Of a stretch of DNA of 64,000 bases, positions 1 to 10,367 are shown in pieces. The DNA lies in NCBI GenBank assembly GCA_043228905.1, contig JBHGNT010000015.1, positions 17,980,001-18,044,000 on the forward strand. The letters are read 5' to 3'. This DNA is from Azolla caroliniana (Eukaryota; Plantae; Polypodiophyta). Each line of letters begins with the position of its first letter. The first letter of the stretch is position 1. The notes beneath the pieces are model-generated. The model did no database searches. It worked only from the letters and a program-made list of their open reading frames with translations, and was not told where the DNA came from. A program made the position numbers and the translations under genes.

Positions 1-1388
1 AAACCCCCCGAGATACAAAGCCAGGATCGTGGTGAAGGGGTTTCAGCAGAAGAAGGGCATCGACTTCGACGAGATATTTGCCCCGGTAGTGAAGATGACC
101 TCCATCCGAACGGTGTTGAGCATAGCGGCAAGCATGGACCTCGAGGTAGAACAGATGGACGTGAAGACGGCATTCCTTCACGGTGACCTCGAAGAAGAGA
201 TCTACATGCAGCAACCGGAAGGATTCGAGAAGAAAGGGAAGGAGCACCTGGTATGCCGGTTGAAGAAGAGCCTCTACGGACTGAAGCAGGCCCCCCGGCA
301 ATGGTACCGGAAATTCGACTCCTTCATGACCGACGAAGGGTACCTCAAAACGCAGTCCGACCACTGCGTGTTTGTGAAGAAGTTCGAAGGAGGAGACTTC
401 CTAATACTCCTCCTGTACGTGGACGACATGTTGATCGTCGGACGGGACCAGGTCAAGATACGGATGCTGAAGAAGGCTCTTCACCGAACCTTCTCAATGA
501 AGGACTTGGGTCCGGCGAGGCAAATACTAGGGATGCACATCATCCGGGACCGGAAGAAGAAGCAGTTGTGGCTGTCACAGGAGAAGTACGTGACAAAGGT
601 GCTTAAACGGTTCAACATGTCGGAAGCAAGACCGGTCGGATCGACCCTCCCGGCAAACTGCAAGCTGTCCAGCAAGCAAAGTCCCAAGACAAAGGCTGAA
701 AAGGAGGATGATGAAAGTGCCGTATGCCTCAGCCGTCGGGAGCTTGATGTACGCCATGGTGTGTACGAGACCGGACATCGGATATGCAGTCGGAGTGGTG
801 AGTCGGTACATGAGCAATCCCGGCAAAGAGCATTGGAACGCGGCCAAGTGGATACTCCGATACCTGAAAGGCACAAACGTGTGCCTCCGATTCGGCTCCG
901 GTAAGCCCGAACTCGACGGCTTCACCGATTCGGATATGTCGGCTGATGCAGATACCAGCCGGTCCACATCAGGGTATGTGATGACGTATGCAGGGGGAGC
1001 CGTTTCGTGGCAGTCGAGGCTGCAGAAGACGGTTGCATTGTCAACCACGGAGGCGGAGTACATGGCAGCTGTTGAAGCCGGCAAGGAAATAATATGGATG
1101 AAGGACTTCATTAGAGAGCTCGGGATCCGGCAGGAGGAGTACCGACTCTACTGCGATAGTCAGAGCGCCATCCACCTTGCAAAGAACGCGGCCTATCACT
1201 CCCGGACGAAGCACATCCAGCGAAGATATCACTGGATCCGGGAAAGGATAGAAGACAAGGAATTTGTGCTGACAAAGATCCACACGGACGAGAACGGGTC
1301 GGATATGCTGACCAAGGTCCTCACACCCGACAAGCTGGAAGCATGCCGGAAGAGGATCGGATTGGAAAGACATCCCATGCCGAAGTGA
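1..1388 (+). pseudogene. copia pol (RT-RNase H), frameshifted
   Basis: ORFs 29-904 and 708-1388 are in different frames. Versus the sister copy (20995-22515) there is a 2-bp deletion near 708 (GAGGATGATG vs GAGGATATGATG) and a 3-bp deletion near 873. Confidence 0.9.
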
Positions 1389-1398
1389 AGGGGGAGTT

Positions 1399-2011
1399 TG
1401 TTGGGATTACGGTCCCTTCGGATGGGATGGTCGGATGTCGGAGACGAATGCCGACGAGCCCGGTTTTCGGTTTCGGAACCGGATGATGAAGACCCCGGCT
1501 TCGGAGCCGGATGACGAATGTACCCGGAGAGAGATCCGGATGCAGGGACATATCCGTGAATATGTTTGCTAAGGGCCCCTGAGGCTATAGTTGTAAATAG
1601 CCCCAAAGTCATATATGTATAAATATGACTTAGGGCAAACAGTTTTAGTGTTGCTGATCATTTTTCTGTTTTTCCACTCAAGAGGAGTGAAGAGGGAGCA
1701 GCCGTGAGAGAGAGAGAGAGATAGAGCGTGAGAGAGGAAGAGGACGACGCCTCTGTGTATTTCCGCCGCCTGTGGCGAGGACAGCGAGCTCAAGGTCGTC
1801 GCCTTGCAGCTCGCCATTGTATACTTCTCTGTATAGTGTTGGTTTGGAGTCCTGTACTCCCGTGGTTTTTTCCCGTCTAGGGTTTTCCACGTTAATCCCT
1901 GTGTGTTCGCGTTTTGTTTCTCCGTGTGGTTCCTATTTTCTGCTCCATTGATTCGTGCTTACTCGGTTGTGGCCGAGCGGTGAAGGTGAATCGAGTCGTC
2001 GATTCCCAACA
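1399..2011 (+). repeat. copia 3' LTR (613 bp)
   Basis: TG...CA ends, preceded by the PPT. Nearly identical to the reverse complement of 20373-20984 and 25102-25713. Confidence 0.96.
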
Positions 2012-2506
2012 CGAATAAGGCAAATATATAGTTATGATCAAGCTTACAACCGACTAGCCGGTAAGCGTCAACGTGTTGACACCAACTCACACAACGCTCA
2101 CAGACAACGCGAGATGGAGCCTCTGCCGGAAGCACTCGGGCTTTCCACGAAGCAAAGGCAGCCTCTCAAAACCTGCAGAGAACAATGAAAGATAGAGGAG
2201 AAGAGCTCGGTCCCAGTCCAACAGCACTTCGTCCTCCACAATGCAATCCCCACTCAGTCCCCTTTCCTCTCCTTTTATAGCCCAAGGAGAGAGAGAGGTT
2301 ACAATCTATTACATCACTTTTATTCTGTCCCTTTGGATAGAGATCCTCCTCGATTCCCTACCTAATGCATACGCGCTACCTAGGATATTCACATCGCCGA
2401 CTTGTACCTAACTATGTACAATACATCAAAACATGTGCCCGCGTGTAAGGGCCGGGTCATGCACACTATTCACCAATTCCTCTTAGGGACGGTTTTCTCC
2501 ACGACA
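2012..2506 (-). mobile_element. LTR fragment of a gypsy family related to the 5500-10367 element, interrupted by the copia insertion
   Basis: Reverse complement begins TGTCGTGGAGAAAACCGTCCCTAAGAGGAATTGG, resembling the LTR start TGTCATGAAGAAAACCGTCCATAAAGGGAATCGG at 9593. TATA-like CTATAAAAGG on the minus strand at 2271-2280. Confidence 0.7.
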
Positions 2507-2711
2507 ACTTTGGCACCGTTTAATATTTAGATGGTTGTATTCCTCGGTTGAGAATAATGAGTTATTAGATAATGCAAAAGGTTCAACAGAAAATAGAGAA
2601 ATTTTACTCGATGTTGAGGACATATTGACTTGGGTAGATTTGATCAAATAAGGGAAAAAGTAGTAAAAGTTTTGCTAAAATAAGCCACATATGAAAATAA
2701 TTTTAAAAAAT

Positions 2712-2866
2712 ATTTTTATTTTTATTTTTATTTTATTTTTATTTTATTTTTATTTTATTTTTATTTTATTTTTATTTTATTTTTATTTTATTTTTATTTT
2801 TATTTTATTTTATTTTTATTTTATTTTTATTTTATTTTTATTTTATTTTTATTTTATTTTTATTTT
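2712..2866. repeat. (TTTTA/TTTTTA)n low-complexity repeat
   Basis: Directly visible array. Confidence 0.95.
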
Positions 2867-5499
2867 ACTTTAAAATTTAAATAATGACTATATAAAGGAA
2901 AGTCATCTTCTCATTCTCATTATCGCGTTGAAGATTTCCAAGAGCTCAAGAGCACTAGCTATCTCGCACTCTCAATTTTTCTCATCTCAAACACCTCAAC
3001 TCAACCCCAGCACCATGAACAAGGGAAAGAAAATTGTCAAGTATCTTTTTTTAACCAATAATTAATTTTAATCTAATTATCAAAGTGATGTATACGGGAA
3101 CTTGATGCACTACATCGAATTCCTATTGAAAGAGCACAAATTTGTCTCTTATGTGTGGCTTAGGGAAGTTTTACTAACATTTTTGTAGTTATTTTTTAGT
3201 AGTCTAGAAAGTTATTTTTAGTGATATTCATGTTTTTTTGTTGACTTTAACTAAATTCTTAATAGTTTTAACCTTACATTTTCATTTTGAACAAGATTTT
3301 CTTAAGATTATGTTATTGTCCATGGTTTACAATGAGCCTAGTCAAAAGGTTCCATGATTTAAGCTAAAGATTCCCTCTCTGACAAAAAGGCCTTCCGACA
3401 GCGTCATGAAAGAGGCTTCAAGAAGGACATTGATTGAGTCGGGAGGTGACAAGACCTCTAAATCATCATTAGGCAACACAAATAAGACATTAGCAAATAA
3501 GCCCGTCGAGCCTTGTCCCAAGAACTACCTCCACTTAGAATGAACTTTGATTTATGCCGAGAAAGATGGTGACGGTCTGACGGTCAAGGCAAAGTCTGAC
3601 GGTCAAGGCAAGCTACAAGTGGGGAAGACCTTCACTTACGGCCAAATAAGAAATTTCGAATACGAAGATAGTGATTCATCTAACCTACTACTTGATGTTG
3701 AGAGCTCGGGGGCAATGCGAAGGGTTCGAGTTGATGAGGGCTATTTTGTGACGGACTCGTGCCACCCTAAAGCCCTCAAAAAATATGTACAAATAAAAAC
3801 CAACTTAATTGATTCTCTGCACCCTTACATCAAAGGAGAACTCATGGTCAATCAAGTTGAGACGCCTTTGAAGCTTGCCCAAAAAGCCAAATCAAAACAT
3901 AAATAATACATGAAACAGCGGCAACTTGAAGAAGACGAACTCAAAGTTCTAGAGTTCATTGAAGATAAGGAAGAATATACATAGTTAGAAGTAATTCCTC
4001 CAAGAGGTCAGATTGCCTCAAGGATCCTCACCTCCGAACAAAATCGGATACAAGAAAACATTGCCAAGACTAAACTCGTTTGTAATGGACAGTTATTTCA
4101 TTTACCAATTTGTTCGATTTAGAGGTCGCCTGTCGATCCAATTACAGGAAGATGGGCTTTAGAGATCAAAGAGCCCCATGCAATGCATGTGCAGAATTTG
4201 AAAAGCAAAATGAAGATCAATCCACATGCTATTGTTGTGTCATTCCTAGTAATGGTAGACCCATATCAATGCCCAACTGTAGCAAACTTTAAATACAGTT
4301 CGGCAGATGATTATACATACTATGTCATTGGAGGATCCCACTCCGCTGAAGCCCGTCATCAACTTGTCAAGGAATACCCTCTTACCCCCTTCTTCAAATA
4401 TGCAAAATGTAAAGTGTACCTCGGTCTTACACATAAAGAAGCCCAAGTTGCTAGCTTGGGACCACAATAATGACAACGATTATAGACAAAAGATGTCATG
4501 TATAGAGCACATAAGGTTCTTTCATCATGAGTACCTTGATGTTTTGCAGTGATATGGTCCTAGGTTGCATCCTGGATTGCGACAACAATGTTTGCTAGTA
4601 GTGGGGATAGCAATTGATGAAAGCACGAAATCTAAAGGCCTAAGAAAGTATGACTCATGGTTTCAGCTTGCTTTCAGAACTAGGGAGGTTTGGGACCTTC
4701 AAGATAAGATTTTTAGTATGTGCGAGCGAAAAGAGGTCAAGGGTTAACGTTCAAAGAAGGCTAAGTTGGACGCTCAAGTGGAGATGAAGTCTAAGTCACA
4801 TAAAAGTGACTTAGTGATAGAAGAATTAGCCGAGGATATGAAGTTGCTTCCTTGGTAGTCATTGCAAGGAATAAAAGATGATAGATTATTAATATATGTA
4901 CCTTCACGAGTGGCTGCCAAGGAACTCAACTTGGACAAAATGGTTACTTAATTCCAAAAGTAAGTTGTCTTTCTGTATTACTATTTGTGTTTGGATTACT
5001 TTCTTCATTTGCCCTTGATTTTGACCTTTATGTGTAATGTTTTTTGTCATAAGGTTTACATGAATATACAAGAGCTAATGATGAAAAAATTGTTCCTACC
5101 AAAATGGGAAGAAGTGGAGCAATTGTGCCCAAAAACATCATCAAGAATTATTTATAGTATTTAGAGAATGGGTATGTGTGTTTACAATATTAATTGATTT
5201 TAGTATAATGTGTATTTTCTTACGAAATTGATGATTGCAGAAACCACCTCAATCGAAGAAACTAGGTGAGACTAATGCAGGCATACCAATCGCATTAATC
5301 ACCCATTTGGAATGAGCAAAATATGAAAAGCGAATGACAAAAGGAAAGGAGGTGGAGGTGCCCAAAGACTCAAATACAATGAAGAGTTTTTTACACAAGG
5401 GTGATCCTTTCCGCCAATTGTATTATAGAGTATATAATGGGGATGTGGGTAATATGCTTGACATATTACCCAAGAGGCATTATATATTGCTCGTCGCAG

Positions 5500-6250
5500 T
5501 GTCATGAAGAAAACCGGCCATAAAGGGAATCGGGGATCAGAGCGCATGAACCGGCACATACACCTAGGCGCATGGAATTAAAATAACTTGTACATAGCTA
5601 AGAATAGGTCAACGCAATGTAAATAGATTAGATAGAACATATTTTGGAAATCGAAGCGTATCTCTGTCTGAAGGGACAGAGAATAAGGATGATGTGACGA
5701 GAGGTGTAACAGTCCTCCCTCGCCGGCCTATAAGAGGCGCGAGAGGAAGATTGGTGAGGGGGGCGTTGGGGAAAAAGGGGGACGTATTGTCGGACTGGGG
5801 ACCGAGCACTGTTTTTGTGTGATCTCTATGGGATTTTGGTTGGTTGCCTCTGCTCGCGAGGAAAGCCCGAGTGCTTCCAACAGAGGCTCCACTACGTAAC
5901 TCGGATGTGTCTATGTGTGTGTGCATGTGTTTGGTTGGTCCCCGGCATGCCAATTGTAATATCATAAAGGTTGTAATCACTTGTTAGTCGTAATCAATTC
6001 CTCTTGGGAAATGGTCTCCTTGTTTTATTGTGACATTCTCTAATCTGTTGTTGTCTCCGAAACCGATCGGGTGCACTTCTCTTTCTAACTTGCTCGTAGT
6101 TGTGTTCTTGTCTGACCCGGCGAGCACAGTGCTTGCCGGCAACCAGTACTTGCCGATTCATCGCGTCCGTTCTCTTCCTTCTCTACTCCTCGGTTCAGGG
6201 CCCCCGTGATCCCGCCTTAGTTTCCGACGCGCACGCGTAACAACATGACA
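5500..6250 (+). repeat. gypsy 5' LTR
   Basis: TGTCATG...CATGACA terminal inverted repeat. Direct repeat of 9593-10367. Confidence 0.95.
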
Positions 6251-6254
6251 TCTT

Positions 6255-6274
6255 TGGTGAACCCAATGTGAATC
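6255..6274 (+). promoter_or_regulatory. Primer-binding site complementary to tRNA-Trp 3' end
   Basis: TGGTGAACCCAATGTGAATC versus expected TGGTGAACCCGACGTGAATC from plant tRNA-Trp as recalled; two CpG-type transitions. Confidence 0.75.
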
Positions 6275-9200
6275 AAGGCGGCAGAGGAGTTAGAAGATGA
6301 GAGGGTCTGAACTCGCTGAAGCCATAGCGGTGGCTGTTGACCGGCTAGTGAACACTCGCGATGTTACAAGTGCCCTCGACAGGGCCATTGAGTCGATTGT
6401 CGACATTATAGGCTAGTTCGAAGGGAAGAACGCTACAAGTTATCTGGAGACCTATCGGGCCGAGATGATAATGAGGAACATCCCGGAGGATAGGCGGCTG
6501 ATCGGATTCCCTCGGGTGGTGACACCGGGCATCCACGCAGAGGTGTTTGAAGTGCAGACTAGGTACCAGACCTGGGAGGTATTCGAAGGGCAGCTCCTCG
6601 AGAAGTACGGGTTCGATGACTCACTTCGGTTGTCGAAGCAGAACTTCATGGAATGGGTTGACACCCCCGGGAAAGGGAGGAACGTGTCAGTGTTCCTCCA
6701 GGAGTTCAAGAGACGGTTTGCCCGTCTCTCGACGTTAGATAGGATTGTGCTCGACACAAGCCGGGTCCTGCTATTCGTCAAGTCTGTGGACGTGCAGGAT
6801 CAAGAGCAAGTGGGTCTCCTGCTGGAGACGGATGACGGACTGACGGCCAACTGGGCTATGGTAAAGAGAGTCTGCAGTCGTTTTGACAAGTGGCGTGAGT
6901 GGAGCGACGAGGGTTCGTCGACAACAGGACCGGTCATGGCAAGGAAGTTTGAGGAGCCGTTGCAGGCGCGAAAGGAAGAGACTCAAAGTTGGCTTGAGTC
7001 GGGCTCGGCCCCGATCGGCGTGGTCAAGGGACCATCCGAAGGATCAGCTCTAGAGGAGCTGACACAGATGGTGCGTGATCTCCAAATTGTGCAGGCCTGG
7101 AGAGACAGTGGAGGACAGCAGCGCGACCGGAAGCCTCCAGCCAACCAGCGATGTATGTGGTGCAATACAGTCAGACACGTCTAAAAGGAGTGCGCGGATT
7201 TTGCAGAAGCACTTAGGAGCCACGTGGTGTACCTCTGGAATGGGCAGGTGCATGCGAGCAAGACCCAGAAAGCCCTGGAGCTGAATACCGGGCGCGGCAG
7301 AATGAAGCGGTCGATGGAAGAAGCCACGGCGCAACACGTTGAAGCCATTCACTACTCGGCAACAGCCGAAATCCAGGTCAGGAGTAACGATGGCAGCAAA
7401 GGAGCGAAGGACTCTGGATTTTGGCCATCAGTGCTACAAAGCCTGAAATCAGCTTCTCTAGAGAAAAATCAGCTTTCGGGCAACCTGAAATCATGGTGGT
7501 CAGACACTTGTGCAGGCTTTATGGCCGGAAACCGTCTCCGGCAAAAGTGGAAGCCATCTCCGCAATGAAGGAAGAATGCAAGTCAATTACGGAGGTGCAA
7601 AGGTTTCTAGGCGCATGCGCGTTCTACCACATCTGGGTCCCGCATTACGCACACATCCCTGAACCACTCTACAAGTTGTTGAAGAAAGGGAAGAAGTTTG
7701 AGTGGAAGGAGGATCATGCGGAGTTGGTCTGAAGGTTGAAGGAGGCGCTAACCGCGGCACCGGCACTTCGGAAACCGGTTTACGGCAAGCAGGTCCCAAT
7801 TTACGTGACCGTAGACACGAGCCCGACCAGAATCGGATGGGTGGTCAAATAGGAGGACGAGAGCGGCGCAAGGTTCCTCATCCGGTTTGGAGCGAAGGTA
7901 CTGAGCGAGCGACATCGAGGATACGTCCAAGTTAAACGCAAACTCTAGGATATCGTTTCGGCAATCAAGGCCGACAAAGATTATTTGATCAGGACAGAGG
8001 TTATAATCGACACAAAACCATGGCCGACATGCTTTCGAGAGCACGGTTTGATGACGAGGACGGCATGGTTTCGGAGGACGAAGAAGTCGGCGTAGACTTC
8101 TTCGAGTCGGGTTGCATAGCGGTAAGGAAGGGAAACACTCTAGCACTTAACGAATTTAATGAGGACGAGTACGACGGGGAGTGGCTCGAGATCGGTAGGT
8201 TCTTGAGGACAATGATGCTGGACGCGGCATGGATGAAGGACGAGGCAAACCGAATTCGGAAGAAGGCGTACCGGTATTTACTATGGAACGGGAGCATATG
8301 GAAGCATCCGAAGAAACGAGACGGCATTCCACTCCACATGGTGGCAAGAGGGGAGGAGCAGGAGGCGCTGCTAGCGGCGTATCACGAGAGTCCTTGGGCC
8401 GGACATCGTGGAACATGGGCCACGTTCGAGAAGCTAAAGGAGAAGTATTGGTGGTCGGGAATGTACTAGGACGTGCATCAATTCATGACGACTTGCGAGA
8501 GCTGTCAGATGCATTCCACGATCCGACATCGGGACGAGTTGTGCCCGACCTACCCGTCGACCGTCCATTTCAAATGGATGGTGGATTTAGTGACGATGTC
8601 GATGGGGGTAGGGCAGACGCGGTACTTGGTGCTTGCACGAGAGGACCTAACAAATCAAGTGGAGGGTCGTGTACTGCAGAACAAGACGATTGTGGTTGTG
8701 TGTCGGTTCCTGATCGAGGAGGTGATATGCCGATACGGGTGCATAGGGAAAATCGTGCCTGGCCGGGGGGAGCTGGACGCGCAAGAAGCCGAAGAGTTGG
8801 TCGGCCAGTTAGGGGTTAAGCTCTCTCTCACTACAGTGTACAATCCGGAGGCAAACGGAACGGTGGAGCGCGGGCACGGGCCAATTGTGAAGGTGTTAGT
8901 ACGGGCATGCAAAGGACAAGTCGGGAATTGGCCGCGGCTCTTACCTTATGCGCTATGGGCAGACCAAACTACGCACAGTTCGGTACCGGGTTCATATCGG
9001 CAGAGCTGATGTACGGGTAGAAGCTGATCATGCCGATGGAGCGAACGATCTCCTCATGGGTTGCGGTGGACTAGAGAGATGAGATGAACCGGGAAGAGTT
9101 GTTGGCAGCACGGATTCGACAGCTCAAGCGAAGACCGAAAGACGTGGATCGGGCGAAGGCGAAGCTGCATGCGGCAAGAGCAAAGAATAAAGGCTGGTTC

Positions 9201-9592
9201 GACCGAATGCACCAGCTACAACCGAGGAAGATCGAGGAAGGCGACTGGGTGGTGGTTTACGACAGCAACCTCGACAACCAGCACAAGGCGGCACGTAAGT
9301 TCACGAGAAGGTGGTTCACACACTATGTCATAACAAGCGCAAACAACAACGGCACCTACCACCTCGCAGAGCTCGACGGAATGCGAATAGTAGTACCGGT
9401 AGTCGGGAAGAGGATCAAGGCGTTCAAGAAACGGCACAAAGATGAACGGGACCCAGGGAGTGCGGATGACGGTGACGACCGGGCCGGAGCGGATGGCGAA
9501 TCGGAGAGCGACGAGTGAACACGGGCCGGTTTTCCCCGGTATTTGTCTCTTTCTGGCGCATGCCGGTGGATGCGCGGTTTGGTGGGGGTGGA

Positions 9593-9997
9593 TGTCATGA
9601 AGAAAACCGTCCATAAAGGGAATCGGGGATCAGAGCGCATGAACCGGCGCGAACACATAGGTGCACGGAATTAAAATAACTTGTACATAGCTAAGAATAG
9701 GTCAACACGATGTAAATAGATTAGATAGAACATATTTTGGAAATCGAAGCATGTCTCTGCCCGAAGGGACAAAGAATAAGGATAATGTGACGGGAGGTGT
9801 GACAGTCCTCCCTTGCCGGCCTATAAGAGGCGCGAGAGAAAGACTGGCGGGGGGGGCGTTGGGGAAAAATGGGAAGTTGTTGTCGGACTGGGGACCGACC
9901 ACTGTTTCTATGTGATCTTTGTGGGATTTTGGTCGGTTGCCTCTACTCACGAGGAAAGCCCGGGTGCTTCCAACAGAGGCTCCACTACGTAACTTGG

Positions 9998-10043
<46 letters not shown>

Positions 10044-10367
10044 TTGGTTGGTTGGTTGGTCACCGGTGTGCCGGTTGTAATATTAGAAAGGTTGACATAA
10101 TCACTTGTTAGTCGTAATCGATTCCTCTTGGGAAGTGGTCTCCTTGTTTTATTGTGACATTCTCTAATCTGTTGTTGTCTCCGTAACCGATCGGGTGCGC
10201 TTCTCTGTCTAACTCGCGTGTAGTTGTGTTCTCGTCTAACCCGGTGAGCACAGTACTTGCCGATCCATCGCTTCCGTTCTCTTCCTTCTCTACTTTCACG
10301 CACTCCTCGGTTCAGAGCCCCCGCAGTCCCGCCTTAGTTTCCTACGCACACGCGTAAAAACACGATA
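9593..10367 (+). repeat. gypsy 3' LTR with expanded (TG)n at ~9999-10040
   Basis: Direct repeat of 5500-6250 with mostly transition differences. The end has decayed to CACGATA. Confidence 0.93.

Larger units (their letters stand above)
1..2011 (+). mobile_element. Ty1/copia LTR retrotransposon (Tto1/Tnt1-like), 3' part: RT, RNase H, PPT and 3' LTR; continues left of the window
   Basis: RT motifs QMDVKTAFLHG, SLYGLKQAPRQW, LLLYVDDM and RNase H motifs (LSTTEAEY, CDSQSAI, TKHI). PPT AAGTGAAGGGGGAG at ~1383-1396. LTR TGTTGGGA...TCCCAACA at 1399-2011. Confidence 0.97.
5500..10367 (+). mobile_element. Ty3/gypsy LTR retrotransposon, internally deleted and degenerate
   Basis: LTRs 5500-6250 and 9593-10367, 4-bp TSD GCAG (5496-5499 / 10368-10371), PBS 6255-6274, PPT GGTGGGGGTGGA 9581-9592. 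Gag ~6465-7440, RT end and RNase H fragments ~7450-8050, integrase (HESPWAGH...CESC, YNPEANGTVERGH) ~8380-9518. Confidence 0.95.

Noticed and set aside
2464-2468. CACTA pentamer as the left terminus of a CACTA element carrying the MTase gene
   Set aside because: It lies inside the minus-strand gypsy LTR fragment, and no matching TAGTG terminus or TSD was found.
2511-2520. TGGCACCGTT after ...ACGACA as a plus-strand PBS
   Set aside because: The adjacent LTR is on the minus strand by similarity to the 9593 LTR start, so this position is outside its 5' end.
2691-2873. 60-aa F/I/L/Y-rich ORF
   Set aside because: Translation of the (TTTTA)n repeat.
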